Source: a virus (Duplodnaviria > Heunggongvirae > Uroviricota > Caudoviricetes). From it: DNA of 64,000 bases. The DNA is taken from positions 64,001-128,000 of IMG/VR virus record IMGVR_UViG_3300037467_003075; one strand, given 5' to 3'. Position numbers and translations under genes: made by a program. The notes beneath the pieces were generated by a model. The model had not been told where the DNA came from, made no database searches, and saw only the letters and a program-made list of their open reading frames with translations. Of this stretch, positions 7,026-14,930 are shown in pieces. Every line of letters begins with the position of its first letter. Position 1 is the first letter of the stretch.

Positions 7026-8304
7026 TTACCACTTCATCACCTTTCACTGGTACAATTACAGTTCTTTTTCCCTCAAGGAAGCTGTTCCTTTGTTTTTCGA
7101 TCTCTTCCGATCTCTTGTTTTCAATCTCATCTTCAACTTTAATTGCATGATAAACAGATGGCGATTTTCCTTCTTGCATCCAACCAAGCAACCTGTTCTC
7201 AATCTTCTTAATCATTGGACTTTTTGTAAATGGAACAATTCCTTCTTCTTCCAACTTGTCTTCATAATACCCCAACAAAGCCTTTTGTGTCCTACAGTGA
7301 ATAGTCTTATTTCTAAAGTCACCTTTTTCAGATTCACCAGGACAGCTACCTCCGCAAATAGACCAGAAACGACACCCATTACATCCACCATATTCATCAG
7401 GCGTATGATAAAAACTAATATATCTAGAATAACTTGTTCCATTGGCCTTGTACCAGCCAACACCTTCTTTATTAACCCTACCGCAATTGGAAATGTCACC
7501 ATTTCCTTCAATTCCGTATACTGCTTTGGTATTTAGAGGGTCACAATTTTTCCAGTAACATGTTGCATTTCTATCATCTCCTTTAAGTAGATCAGGAATT
7601 TCATGAAATGGCTTGTATCTTAAATGTTTGTTTTCTGAGAAGAACTTTGCAAGTGTTAAGAATGCTTCTACATTTTCTTCTGGTGTCAACACATCTTCTT
7701 TGTTCGGCATTGTCTCTTCGACTTCAAGGGTGTGTATATTTCCCCCCTTTATCCCGATATCGCTGAGTTTTTCAATGAATTGGATTAGCTTAGGCAAGTT
7801 TTCTCTGCTGCCATTTTTTCTATGTAGCGTAATAATAATGCCGACAGAAATACCGTTATCAACCATTTTCTTTATATTTCTCATAATGGTTTCGGTTGCT
7901 TCTAGCGTTCTCTCTTTTTTCTCTGGTGTACCGCTTTTCCCTGCTCTTACTTCGCGCAGACTGTTTAGTTCGCCATCGCCATCAATGGACACTCCTACGC
8001 TAACCTTATATTTTTTAAATAGTTCGATATGTTCATCATCAATCAATGTTCCGTTTGTCTGTAGACCATTCTTTCCAAATCTCTCTAACCCGTACCTCCA
8101 CAGGTATTCGAGGTCTTTCTTTGGCACAAGTAATGCCTCTCCCCCGAACAAGTGAAATTCCTTTCCAACCTTTTCTATTTCAGCTATAACTTTATCAAGA
8201 TCATATTTTGATGATATATTATTGGCTAGTCTAATTGGTTCTTGATAGCAGTATAAACAACCCAAGTTACACAATTCGCCCATAAGTCTTACTTCATTAG
8301 CCAT
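7012..8304 (-). CDS. Radical SAM enzyme with SPASM domain (peptide/protein maturase type)
   Basis: CNLGCLYC (CxxxCxxC), FGGEALL, QTNGTL, VSIDG. SPASM cysteines: CYWKNC, GDISNCG, CNGCRFWSICGGSCP, IHC. Confidence 0.92.
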   Translation of the reverse strand: MANEVRLMGELCNLGCLYCYQEPIRLANNISSKYDLDKVIAEIEKVGKEFHLFGGEALLVPKKDLEYLWRYGLERFGKNGLQTNGTLIDDEHIELFKKYKVSVGVSIDGDGELNSLREVRAGKSGTPEKKERTLEATETIMRNIKKMVDNGISVGIIITLHRKNGSRENLPKLIQFIEKLSDIGIKGGNIHTLEVEETMPNKEDVLTPEENVEAFLTLAKFFSENKHLRYKPFHEIPDLLKGDDRNATCYWKNCDPLNTKAVYGIEGNGDISNCGRVNKEGVGWYKANGTSYSRYISFYHTPDEYGGCNGCRFWSICGGSCPGESEKGDFRNKTIHCRTQKALLGYYEDKLEEEGIVPFTKSPMIKKIENRLLGWMQEGKSPSVYHAIKVEDEIENKRSEEIEKQRNSFLEGKRTVIVPVKGDEVVNETA

Positions 8305-8328
8305 AGAAAAGTCATCTCCTTCCCACTG

Positions 8329-8913
8329 TTAGTTGTGTGGATTATCAGCATGGTCATTATAACCAGTGAAATCATCATAACCACCAGAATCATTGTAATC
8401 GCTATGACCGCCAGTATCATTGTAGTCAGAATGGTCATTAAAATTGGCATTGTCACTGTGATCGAAGTATACGCCACCAGATACAAAGTCGCCATAATCA
8501 GTATAGTCCCCATGTAATCCTGTGTGGTCTGCATGATCTGCGTAATCGGTATAGTCCCCATGGTCGCCATAATCACTATAATCACCATGCCCACCGAAAT
8601 CACTATAGTCACCGTGGGCATATTGACGGATTCCGCTTGCATCAATCCAATGTAGATAGCTATTGCTGGTGTCTAACCACAGACTTCCCTTGATTGCACC
8701 TGCTATTGTGCCAACCTGTATTCGTTGAAGATACCTATTTGCTCCGTTTGCATCTATGTAATGTAAATCTGCTCCTTCTACCCACAGACTACCTTTGATA
8801 GCACCAGCTGGCGACGAAACAACAGTCCCTGTATATCTCTTAGTTAATCCGCTAGGATTAATAAAACATAGGTCAGTTCCTTCGACCCATACACTACCTA
8901 TAATACCAGGCAT
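8329..8913 (-). CDS. Putative radical SAM substrate: three GSxWxxG beta-repeats followed by 22 (H/Y/F)-x-D motifs
   Basis: From H100 on: 9 HxD, 12 YxD and 1 FxD triplets in near-continuous 3-residue register; immediately upstream of the radical SAM gene. Confidence 0.8.
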   Translation of the reverse strand: MPGIIGSVWVEGTDLCFINPSGLTKRYTGTVVSSPAGAIKGSLWVEGADLHYIDANGANRYLQRIQVGTIAGAIKGSLWLDTSNSYLHWIDASGIRQYAHGDYSDFGGHGDYSDYGDHGDYTDYADHADHTGLHGDYTDYGDFVSGGVYFDHSDNANFNDHSDYNDTGGHSDYNDSGGYDDFTGYNDHADNPHN

Positions 8914-8934
8914 AAAATTCCCTCTTTAAATTAA

Positions 8935-9222
8935 CTAGTTGTTAATATTCAGTGTTATAATTTCGACCATACCGTGATCTCTGTTTGAGTACTCAACTTT
9001 ATTAAGTGATACATTTGAATTAAACAACTGCACACCGTCAATGGTCTTGACTTTCATTAAAGAGCCAGCTTGAGAAATTGCATCTCTGACTTGCTGACCA
9101 ATTGTTACATTGGTTAGGCTAACTTTGTTAATAATTAGACAACCAGTATCTCTTATTTCAAAACTAACATTTTCTGCAACATATATTTCTAGCCCATCGA
9201 TATCAATAATCGTTGTGTTCAT
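8935..9222 (-). CDS. Hypothetical protein, first gene of the radical SAM operon
   Basis: 95-aa ORF with AGAGGGAG RBS directly downstream of the 9255-9284 promoter. Confidence 0.7.
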   Translation of the reverse strand: MNTTIIDIDGLEIYVAENVSFEIRDTGCLIINKVSLTNVTIGQQVRDAISQAGSLMKVKTIDGVQLFNSNVSLNKVEYSNRDHGMVEIITLNINN

Positions 9223-9254
9223 TCATCATACTCCCTCTGTTATATTATTATAAT

Positions 9255-9284
9255 ATTATATCAAAACACGCTATGATTTGTCAA
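9255..9284 (-). promoter_or_regulatory. Sigma-A promoter (extended -10) of the radical SAM operon
   Basis: TTGACA (9284-9279), 18 bp, TG-A-TATAAT (9260-9255). Confidence 0.8.
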
Positions 9285-9288
9285 GGAA

Positions 9289-10089
9289 TCATGATAGTTT
9301 CATAAGGATGTTGTCGATATAATCATGGGCAAAAATCTCATCTAACTTGATATGCTTCTCTTGTCCGTTAGATTGGATTAGATAGAACAGTGCGCCATTT
9401 GAAGCGAAACCAGACAGGAGTTCGTAAAGTTTTTCTGTATCAATTCCTAACATAGTCTTATTCAATTCAAATACAACATATTTAATTACCTTATTGTCTA
9501 ACAATTGTTTTGCGCCAGACAGGACTTTGTACTCCGCACCCTCGACATCCACTTTTAAGATTTCGATTTTTTCTGGCATATTAAGAGACGATAGTGCAAC
9601 AGAAGTTACTGTGACGGTTTCAAATTCATCGGTTCCAAACTGACTCTTATATAAGCTAGAATGTTCCATGATTGAACTATTGCCCTGATATTTAGTTGAT
9701 ACATTGAATGTTATTTCTGTTAGATGCTCATTCGATACGGCATATGAAAGAGGCTGCGCAATCTCATGGAGCTGGCTTAAATAAATATTTTCCTTTAGTA
9801 GCTCCATGACTTTAGGGTTTGCTTCGAATGCGTATACGCTGCCACTTTTCCCGACAAGGCAAGAAAATAGAACAGTGAAATACCCAATGTTTGCGCCGAC
9901 ATCAATAATGTTTTTTCCCACAAGATCATTCTTCTTGTTAATCAACCAATTTGTAAATCCAGTTTCGATAACGCCATCTACCATGAGTGTAGGCATCAAA
10001 CTCATATCATCACAAGAAGCAATAAGTCTCATGCCCCATGCGGTCTTAATTAACATTCTGTTATTTCCTATGTATGTTCCATAAAACAC
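9289..10089 (-). CDS. FkbM-family SAM-dependent methyltransferase
   Basis: IIDVGANIGYFT, AFEANP, KVDVEGAEYKVLSGA. Confidence 0.88.
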   Translation of the reverse strand: MFYGTYIGNNRMLIKTAWGMRLIASCDDMSLMPTLMVDGVIETGFTNWLINKKNDLVGKNIIDVGANIGYFTVLFSCLVGKSGSVYAFEANPKVMELLKENIYLSQLHEIAQPLSYAVSNEHLTEITFNVSTKYQGNSSIMEHSSLYKSQFGTDEFETVTVTSVALSSLNMPEKIEILKVDVEGAEYKVLSGAKQLLDNKVIKYVVFELNKTMLGIDTEKLYELLSGFASNGALFYLIQSNGQEKHIKLDEIFAHDYIDNILMKLS

Positions 10090-10878
10090 TTATAGCTCAC
10101 CAACCTTAAAGTGGTATTTTTCCCCCCTGATTGCAATTCCTAATTCAGATTCCTTGATCTTGTCAACATAATCTCCAAGGTCATCGCCATAATGCATAAT
10201 ATAGATTTTTTCTTTAAAAGAATCTTCCAAATCGATTAATTGATCTAGTGATGCATGCACTTGACCATCGTAACTGAATAGCTGGCAATCGTGAAAAACT
10301 GCTTGGCAATCTTCGCTAAAACCAATCTCGATTAGGTCACGGTTTAGCAAGCTATCGCCAGAATAAATAATAAAGTCTGTTTCACCAATAATTAGCCCGT
10401 ATGATTTCTTATTCTTAATGTGGTTGGTGGGAAAAACAGAGAACATAACTCCGTTAAAGAAGAAGTGTTGTGCCTCCCTGTCAACTACATGATAGGTAAA
10501 GTAGTCATCGAATGTCATAAGGCGATCTAAATCTGCATTAATCATCGTTCCTTTTAGTACTTTATCCCATAGGTCAGTCTTAATCTTAGGATTAGGGAAA
10601 ATTAAGTGCGGTTTTTTCTTAAGCATATATCTTCCGTAGTATCCTGCTTCCTCAAGGCCAAAGACATGATCTCCATGTAGATGCGTAATAAAGATAGCGT
10701 CGATATCACCAAAAGTATATCCATGCTGGAAAAGATCGTCTGGCGTAGTGCGACCACAGTCGATTAGTAGCTTTTTTATCGTACCGTTATTCTCAACAAA
10801 AACGAGTGCGCTTGTATTACCAAATCTTTTTGAAAATGCGCTACCTGTTCCCATAAATTGAATTGTAATGTTAGCCAT
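10090..10878 (-). CDS. apyc1: Apyc1-like MBL-fold cyclic-nucleotide phosphodiesterase (anti-Pycsar)
   Basis: GTGSAFSK, LLIDCG, ITHLHGDH, GLEE, LWDKVLKG, YSGD, FHDCQ, VHASLDQL and MHYGD match the motif series I recall for phage Apyc1. Likely start ATG 10878. Confidence 0.75.
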   Translation of the reverse strand: MANITIQFMGTGSAFSKRFGNTSALVFVENNGTIKKLLIDCGRTTPDDLFQHGYTFGDIDAIFITHLHGDHVFGLEEAGYYGRYMLKKKPHLIFPNPKIKTDLWDKVLKGTMINADLDRLMTFDDYFTYHVVDREAQHFFFNGVMFSVFPTNHIKNKKSYGLIIGETDFIIYSGDSLLNRDLIEIGFSEDCQAVFHDCQLFSYDGQVHASLDQLIDLEDSFKEKIYIMHYGDDLGDYVDKIKESELGIAIRGEKYHFKVGEL

Positions 10879-10883
10879 TTTAA

Positions 10884-10970
10884 TCACTTCCCATACGCTT
10901 TTTTATATCCATCTACTTCTTCTGTCTTGGCTTTTCGTCTAAATATAGCATTAAGCAATCTCTTAAGCAT
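10884..10970 (-). CDS. Possible 28-aa ORF
   Basis: ATG at 10970 behind GGTGGGTGG; fills the gap between flanking genes with coupled overlaps. Confidence 0.35.
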   Translation of the reverse strand: MLKRLLNAIFRRKAKTEEVDGYKKAYGK

Positions 10971-11451
10971 TCTTACCACCCACCTTACTTCCCCAAAAAT
11001 CCACAATATCAACAAATCCATCCAGGTCATCAAGACTGTCAGGTTTAAGTATAATATTCCACTCATTTGCGTACTTTTGTTTTTTCGGCTCGAAATAAAA
11101 ATTCTGTTGCACCTTGATATCCAATGTTTTACTGTAGTATCCTAGCTTGAGAATGTATCCTACAAATTCACTGAAAATTCCTTTGTGATACGGCAGTATA
11201 TTTATGACAATAGTCTTACCCATATCTTCCGTAGTAAACTTTTCAACATGACATACTGTATCTTCTAGTGACTCAATTATCCTCTTCTTATATCCTGAAT
11301 ACTTTAACAGGAACTTTTGTTTGTTTTCGTCTTCGTAATCCTCATAAAACCCGAATCCGTCACAATATCCACAGTCAGTCCAGTTAATTCCGTCTGACTT
11401 CCATCCACCTTTGCCCCCGCAAACATTACAGACAACATGATTATTTTCCAT
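10963..11451 (-). CDS. Hypothetical protein with N-terminal CxxCxGxG zinc-binding repeats
   Basis: CNVCGGKGG...CGYCDGFG. Confidence 0.65.
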   Translation of the reverse strand: MENNHVVCNVCGGKGGWKSDGINWTDCGYCDGFGFYEDYEDENKQKFLLKYSGYKKRIIESLEDTVCHVEKFTTEDMGKTIVINILPYHKGIFSEFVGYILKLGYYSKTLDIKVQQNFYFEPKKQKYANEWNIILKPDSLDDLDGFVDIVDFWGSKVGGKNA

Positions 11452-12196
11452 ACATCAATCGTGCAATTAAATCAGTGGGAAAGCCATTTTGTTGCATTTT
11501 CGCGATAGTTCTATCTACGGGGTAAGGTATGCGATGATAAGTTACCGTATTTTCACTTGTATCATAAATAACATAACATGCTCTTTTGTCTCCATCTTTT
11601 GATTGCCCAACAGAACCAATATTAATAATTGTCTTTATGTTATTGCTCAAATTATAACTCCAGGACGATGTATCACTGGAATCAAATCGTGGTCGCACCA
11701 TTTTGACGCAATTGTTGTCATGCTCCCAAACACATGGAATATGCGTTTTCCCAATAAATGCAATATTATATTCTTCCATTGGATTAGCGAATGCGTTTAA
11801 TGCATCATTGTCAGTTTTAACAGACACATAGTGACCGTGGGGACTGCCATGAACAAACATGATGTTGTCGCCAGTCATGTACCCGATTTCAATATTTTTT
11901 AGTATTGTTTTGCTTGATTCATTAATTTTATTTCGTGTCCATTCCGCCGATTCTTTTTCTATCGGTGTCAGACTTGATATGTAAGGTGGATTAATAACAG
12001 CATTGTCAAACTCGCCAGCAATTATAAAATTAAATTTTTCGACAATTGTGTTAATACACTCATTTGGCTGTGGCCCCAATCCCACGATATCACCGAGGCA
12101 AACGCTTTTATCTACGCCCTCATTTTCCATATGTCCAATTACGCTTTTGAGTGCTTCTAGGTTCCCATGGACATCACTTACTAGTGCATATCTCAT
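11441..12196 (-). CDS. Calcineurin-like metallophosphoesterase, degenerate active site
   Basis: SDVHGN, LGDIVG, VHGSP and GSVGQ..DGD are present, but GNHD is replaced by GEFD and GHTH by GKTH. Confidence 0.8.
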   Translation of the reverse strand: MRYALVSDVHGNLEALKSVIGHMENEGVDKSVCLGDIVGLGPQPNECINTIVEKFNFIIAGEFDNAVINPPYISSLTPIEKESAEWTRNKINESSKTILKNIEIGYMTGDNIMFVHGSPHGHYVSVKTDNDALNAFANPMEEYNIAFIGKTHIPCVWEHDNNCVKMVRPRFDSSDTSSWSYNLSNNIKTIINIGSVGQSKDGDKRACYVIYDTSENTVTYHRIPYPVDRTIAKMQQNGFPTDLIARLMYGK

Positions 12197-12765
12197 AATA
12201 ATTCTTCCTTCTTTAAATATAATTCTTTGTAAATAATTCCCAATGTCTTAATCTTAGCCGATAATAAATCATCATTCACGATAACATATTCAGCTATTTT
12301 TTCATTCTCTAATTCGGCAGCAGAGTAGATATAAGAAATGCGGCGGTCAATATCTTCTGGTCTATCGCCCCTATCTGCCATTCGTTCTCGTAAGACTTCT
12401 ATGCTAGGTGGCTTAATGTAAATTGTCACAACATTCTCTTCCCCTAGCAACACCTTAAACTGTCTGATATGGTCAATTGTTGCGGTGGCATGGTGTGGTG
12501 TTCCTCTTATAATTTGCCATATAGAATCCGATGGCGCACCATATAAATTTCCAGCATATTCTGTCTTTGTTGCGATTGTTCCCCATGTTTCCTTGAAAAT
12601 AAAATCTTCTCTGCTGACTTGCATAATGTGATATCCTTCAACTTCTCCGTCCCTAAGCGGCCTTGTTGTGTAATTGGTTAAGAATTTAACCCACGGAGGC
12701 AGGCTGTGTTGCAGTGTTGATTTTCCACTTCCTGACGGCCCAATAAAACAAAATAGCTTGCTCAT
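12193..12765 (-). CDS. gmk: Guanylate kinase-like protein
   Basis: GPSGSGKST P-loop, TTRPLRDGEVEG, EYAGNLYG, L.ERM..RG; likely start ATG 12765. Confidence 0.8.
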   Translation of the reverse strand: MSKLFCFIGPSGSGKSTLQHSLPPWVKFLTNYTTRPLRDGEVEGYHIMQVSREDFIFKETWGTIATKTEYAGNLYGAPSDSIWQIIRGTPHHATATIDHIRQFKVLLGEENVVTIYIKPPSIEVLRERMADRGDRPEDIDRRISYIYSAAELENEKIAEYVIVNDDLLSAKIKTLGIIYKELYLKKEELL

Positions 12766-12999
12766 TAGATTCCTCCTTGGTACCCATTCCACATAGCCTT
12801 GTGTGATGCAATCTCATTCTTTAAACTATTTATTAAATATTGCTGACTCTTAATTAATCCTAAGCATAAAAACGCTCAATTCTTGGTGTTCTGTTTCGCT
12901 CATAAGCATAGCAATGAGATGATCGTGTTTTGCCAATTCCTGTAGCTCCTTGATAACCTTATCATCATCCACCTATACCACCCCCCATATTATAATTAA

Positions 13000-13028
13000 A
13001 TTATAACACAAAAACCTTGCGATGTCAA
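13000..13028 (-). promoter_or_regulatory. Sigma-A promoter (extended -10) of the leftward gmk-apyc1 operon
   Basis: TTGACA (13028-13023), 17 bp, TG-T-TATAAT (13005-13000). Confidence 0.88.
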
Positions 13029-13040
13029 GGTTGGGGATTT

Positions 13041-13175
13041 TCTTTATTATATTCTTAAATAATATATTGTAATTATATTATAATAATATAATTAATATTA
13101 TAATTACAGTATTTATTATTTTTATTTATTATTATTTATATATAATATATATTATTATAATTATAATATATCTTT
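13041..13175. other. Extremely AT-rich intergenic tract
   Basis: 6 G/C in 135 bp (~96% AT), at the point where transcription direction switches. Confidence 0.85.
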
Positions 13176-13237
13176 AAGAAAAAGCAAGCAAAAGTAGACA
13201 AAATCGATTTTTCCTTGCCACCGCTGACTTTTTTACA

Positions 13238-13331
13238 GTGTCACATTCTGCTATATCATAGTTTACTATAGCAGATATTGATACAGCAGGGGTTACTGTG
13301 TCACAAAGTACTATATCACAAAGTGATACAC
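13238..13331. repeat. Iteron-like repeats matching those inside the replication initiator gene
   Basis: ATATAGCAGAATGTGACAC (minus, 13238-13256), CTATAGCAGATATTGATAC (13266-13284), ATATAGTACTTTGTGACAC (minus, 13298-13316), CTATATCACAAAGTGATAC (13311-13329). Confidence 0.65.
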
Positions 13332-13351
13332 TGAAAGGGGGTGTACAAACC

Positions 13352-13999
13352 TTGGATAAGAACGAATATAAAATCAACTGCTATGTAAAATTGGCTCAGA
13401 AGTCAATCGACATAGCCGAGAAAAAGGAAGCAGTAGAACATATTTTGGAAATGCTAAAACCGTTTCGATATGCGCTGGCAAAAAAGTTTGCCAATAAAGG
13501 TGTTGAGTTTGATGATATTGCGCAACAAATCGACTTGAAATTAGTGGAAGCAATCTATGACTACGACGAAAGAAAAGACCCGTCTGCACTGAGACACCTT
13601 GTCTCCAAAACAAGAAATGGGATATGGAATTACTACAGAAAAGAAATGAATTACTTCGATGAGACAAAGACAACTGTAAGCCTCGATGCCGTATTCAATA
13701 ACAACGATGACACTTTGCCAACGGGAGTCAATAGTAATTATTATAACTTTGTTGATGATGATAAAACATTTGATGAAGACTCAATAGTTGAGAAAATACT
13801 CATAGAAGAAGAATTGGCGAAGCTTACGCCCCGCCAAAGAGAAATTATATTTATGTGTTTTATTGACGATATGACCCAGTATGACATAGCAGAAGAGCTA
13901 AGCATTAACCAGGCAAATGTATCTCGCGCAAAGAGTAGAGGAATTGCTAATATTAAGAATAGCATTAACCCCTTGGATGAGCCGAATGAAATTGACTAG
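13352..13999 (+). CDS. Phage-encoded sigma-70 family RNA polymerase sigma factor
   Basis: Region 2 (EFDDIAQQIDLKLVEAIYDYD) and region 4 HTH (LTPRQREII..MTQYDIAEELSINQANVSR). Likely TTG start at 13352 behind AAAGGGGG; the ORF track starts at 13298. Confidence 0.85.
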   Translation: MDKNEYKINCYVKLAQKSIDIAEKKEAVEHILEMLKPFRYALAKKFANKGVEFDDIAQQIDLKLVEAIYDYDERKDPSALRHLVSKTRNGIWNYYRKEMNYFDETKTTVSLDAVFNNNDDTLPTGVNSNYYNFVDDDKTFDEDSIVEKILIEEELAKLTPRQREIIFMCFIDDMTQYDIAEELSINQANVSRAKSRGIANIKNSINPLDEPNEID

Positions 14000-14810
14000 C
14001 CATTTGTTCAATGGCAATTTGCGCATATATGGTCGTAGTATTAATATTGCTGTGACCAAGTAATTCTTGGATTTTTCGTATGTCCATATTCCGTGACAGA
14101 AGGTGTGTTGCTACCGAATGTCTAAATTTGTGCGGACTCATCTTGACCCCGTTATTTTCGCCGTACCTTCTGACAAGATTGTATATGGCTTTTGTCGTAA
14201 TAGGTTTCTTATTGTTAGCAGGACTTGGGAATAAGTATTTGCTTTTACACTCTCTATTTTTGAGATATGCGTCAACAGACTCAATAGCAGTTTTTGTAAG
14301 CGGAACTACTCTTTCTTTAGAGCCTTTTCCGAATACGCGCATCCTTCCTGATTCCGTGTCAATATCTGCTAATTCTATATTGACTAGCTCACCAACTCGG
14401 ACACCTGTTGCATATAGGATTTCAAGAGCTGCTTTGTCTCTAAGTGATTCTACGGAATCAAGTATATTGAATGTTTGCTCAACTGTGATTGTCTTTGGTA
14501 GCCGCTTGTCAATCTTTGCATAAGAGATATCGATTGTTGGATTGGTCTGTAGATATTCTTCCATGATTAGGTAGTTACAAAAAGATCGAATAGATGTGAG
14601 TTTTCGATTTCTTGTTGCTGGCTCTAGTTCGCGGTCATCCATGATCGAAAGAAATTCTCTTATTTTGTACTTTGTGATATCTGACACTTCTTTGATCTTT
14701 ATATCTTCAAAGAATTGTTTGATATCTTTTTTGTAACTATCGATTGTTTTTGGTGAGCAGTTTTTCTCAACCTTTAGGTAAATCAGGAACTCGTGTAACT
14801 TTTCATCCAT
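13965..14810 (-). CDS. XerC/XerD-like tyrosine recombinase
   Basis: N-terminal SAM-like domain, LEILYATGVRVGEL, FGKGSKERVVP, HKFRHSVATHLL, IQELLGHSNINTTTIY. Confidence 0.92.
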   Translation of the reverse strand: MDEKLHEFLIYLKVEKNCSPKTIDSYKKDIKQFFEDIKIKEVSDITKYKIREFLSIMDDRELEPATRNRKLTSIRSFCNYLIMEEYLQTNPTIDISYAKIDKRLPKTITVEQTFNILDSVESLRDKAALEILYATGVRVGELVNIELADIDTESGRMRVFGKGSKERVVPLTKTAIESVDAYLKNRECKSKYLFPSPANNKKPITTKAIYNLVRRYGENNGVKMSPHKFRHSVATHLLSRNMDIRKIQELLGHSNINTTTIYAQIAIEQMASQFHSAHPRG

Positions 14811-14841
14811 GATATTTCCCTCCCGTTATTCTTATAAACAC

Positions 14842-14870
14842 ATTTTACCAATTTATTATCGGAATGTCAA
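14842..14870 (-). promoter_or_regulatory. Sigma-A promoter of the recombinase
   Basis: TTGACA (14870-14865), 17 bp, TAAAAT (14847-14842). Confidence 0.78.
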
Positions 14871-14930
14871 GGTCGAAAGCATCATTGTGCGGCAATCAGG
14901 AAGATTAAGTAATCGGAGGAGGAGGCTAGT

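Noticed and set aside
8289-8645. 118-aa minus-strand ORF (and 8335-8517 plus) overlapping the repeat gene
   Set aside because: Alternative-frame shadows of the 9-nt periodic repeat (MVIM/TIL-rich). The 8329-8913 frame has the RBS, operon position and coherent motifs.
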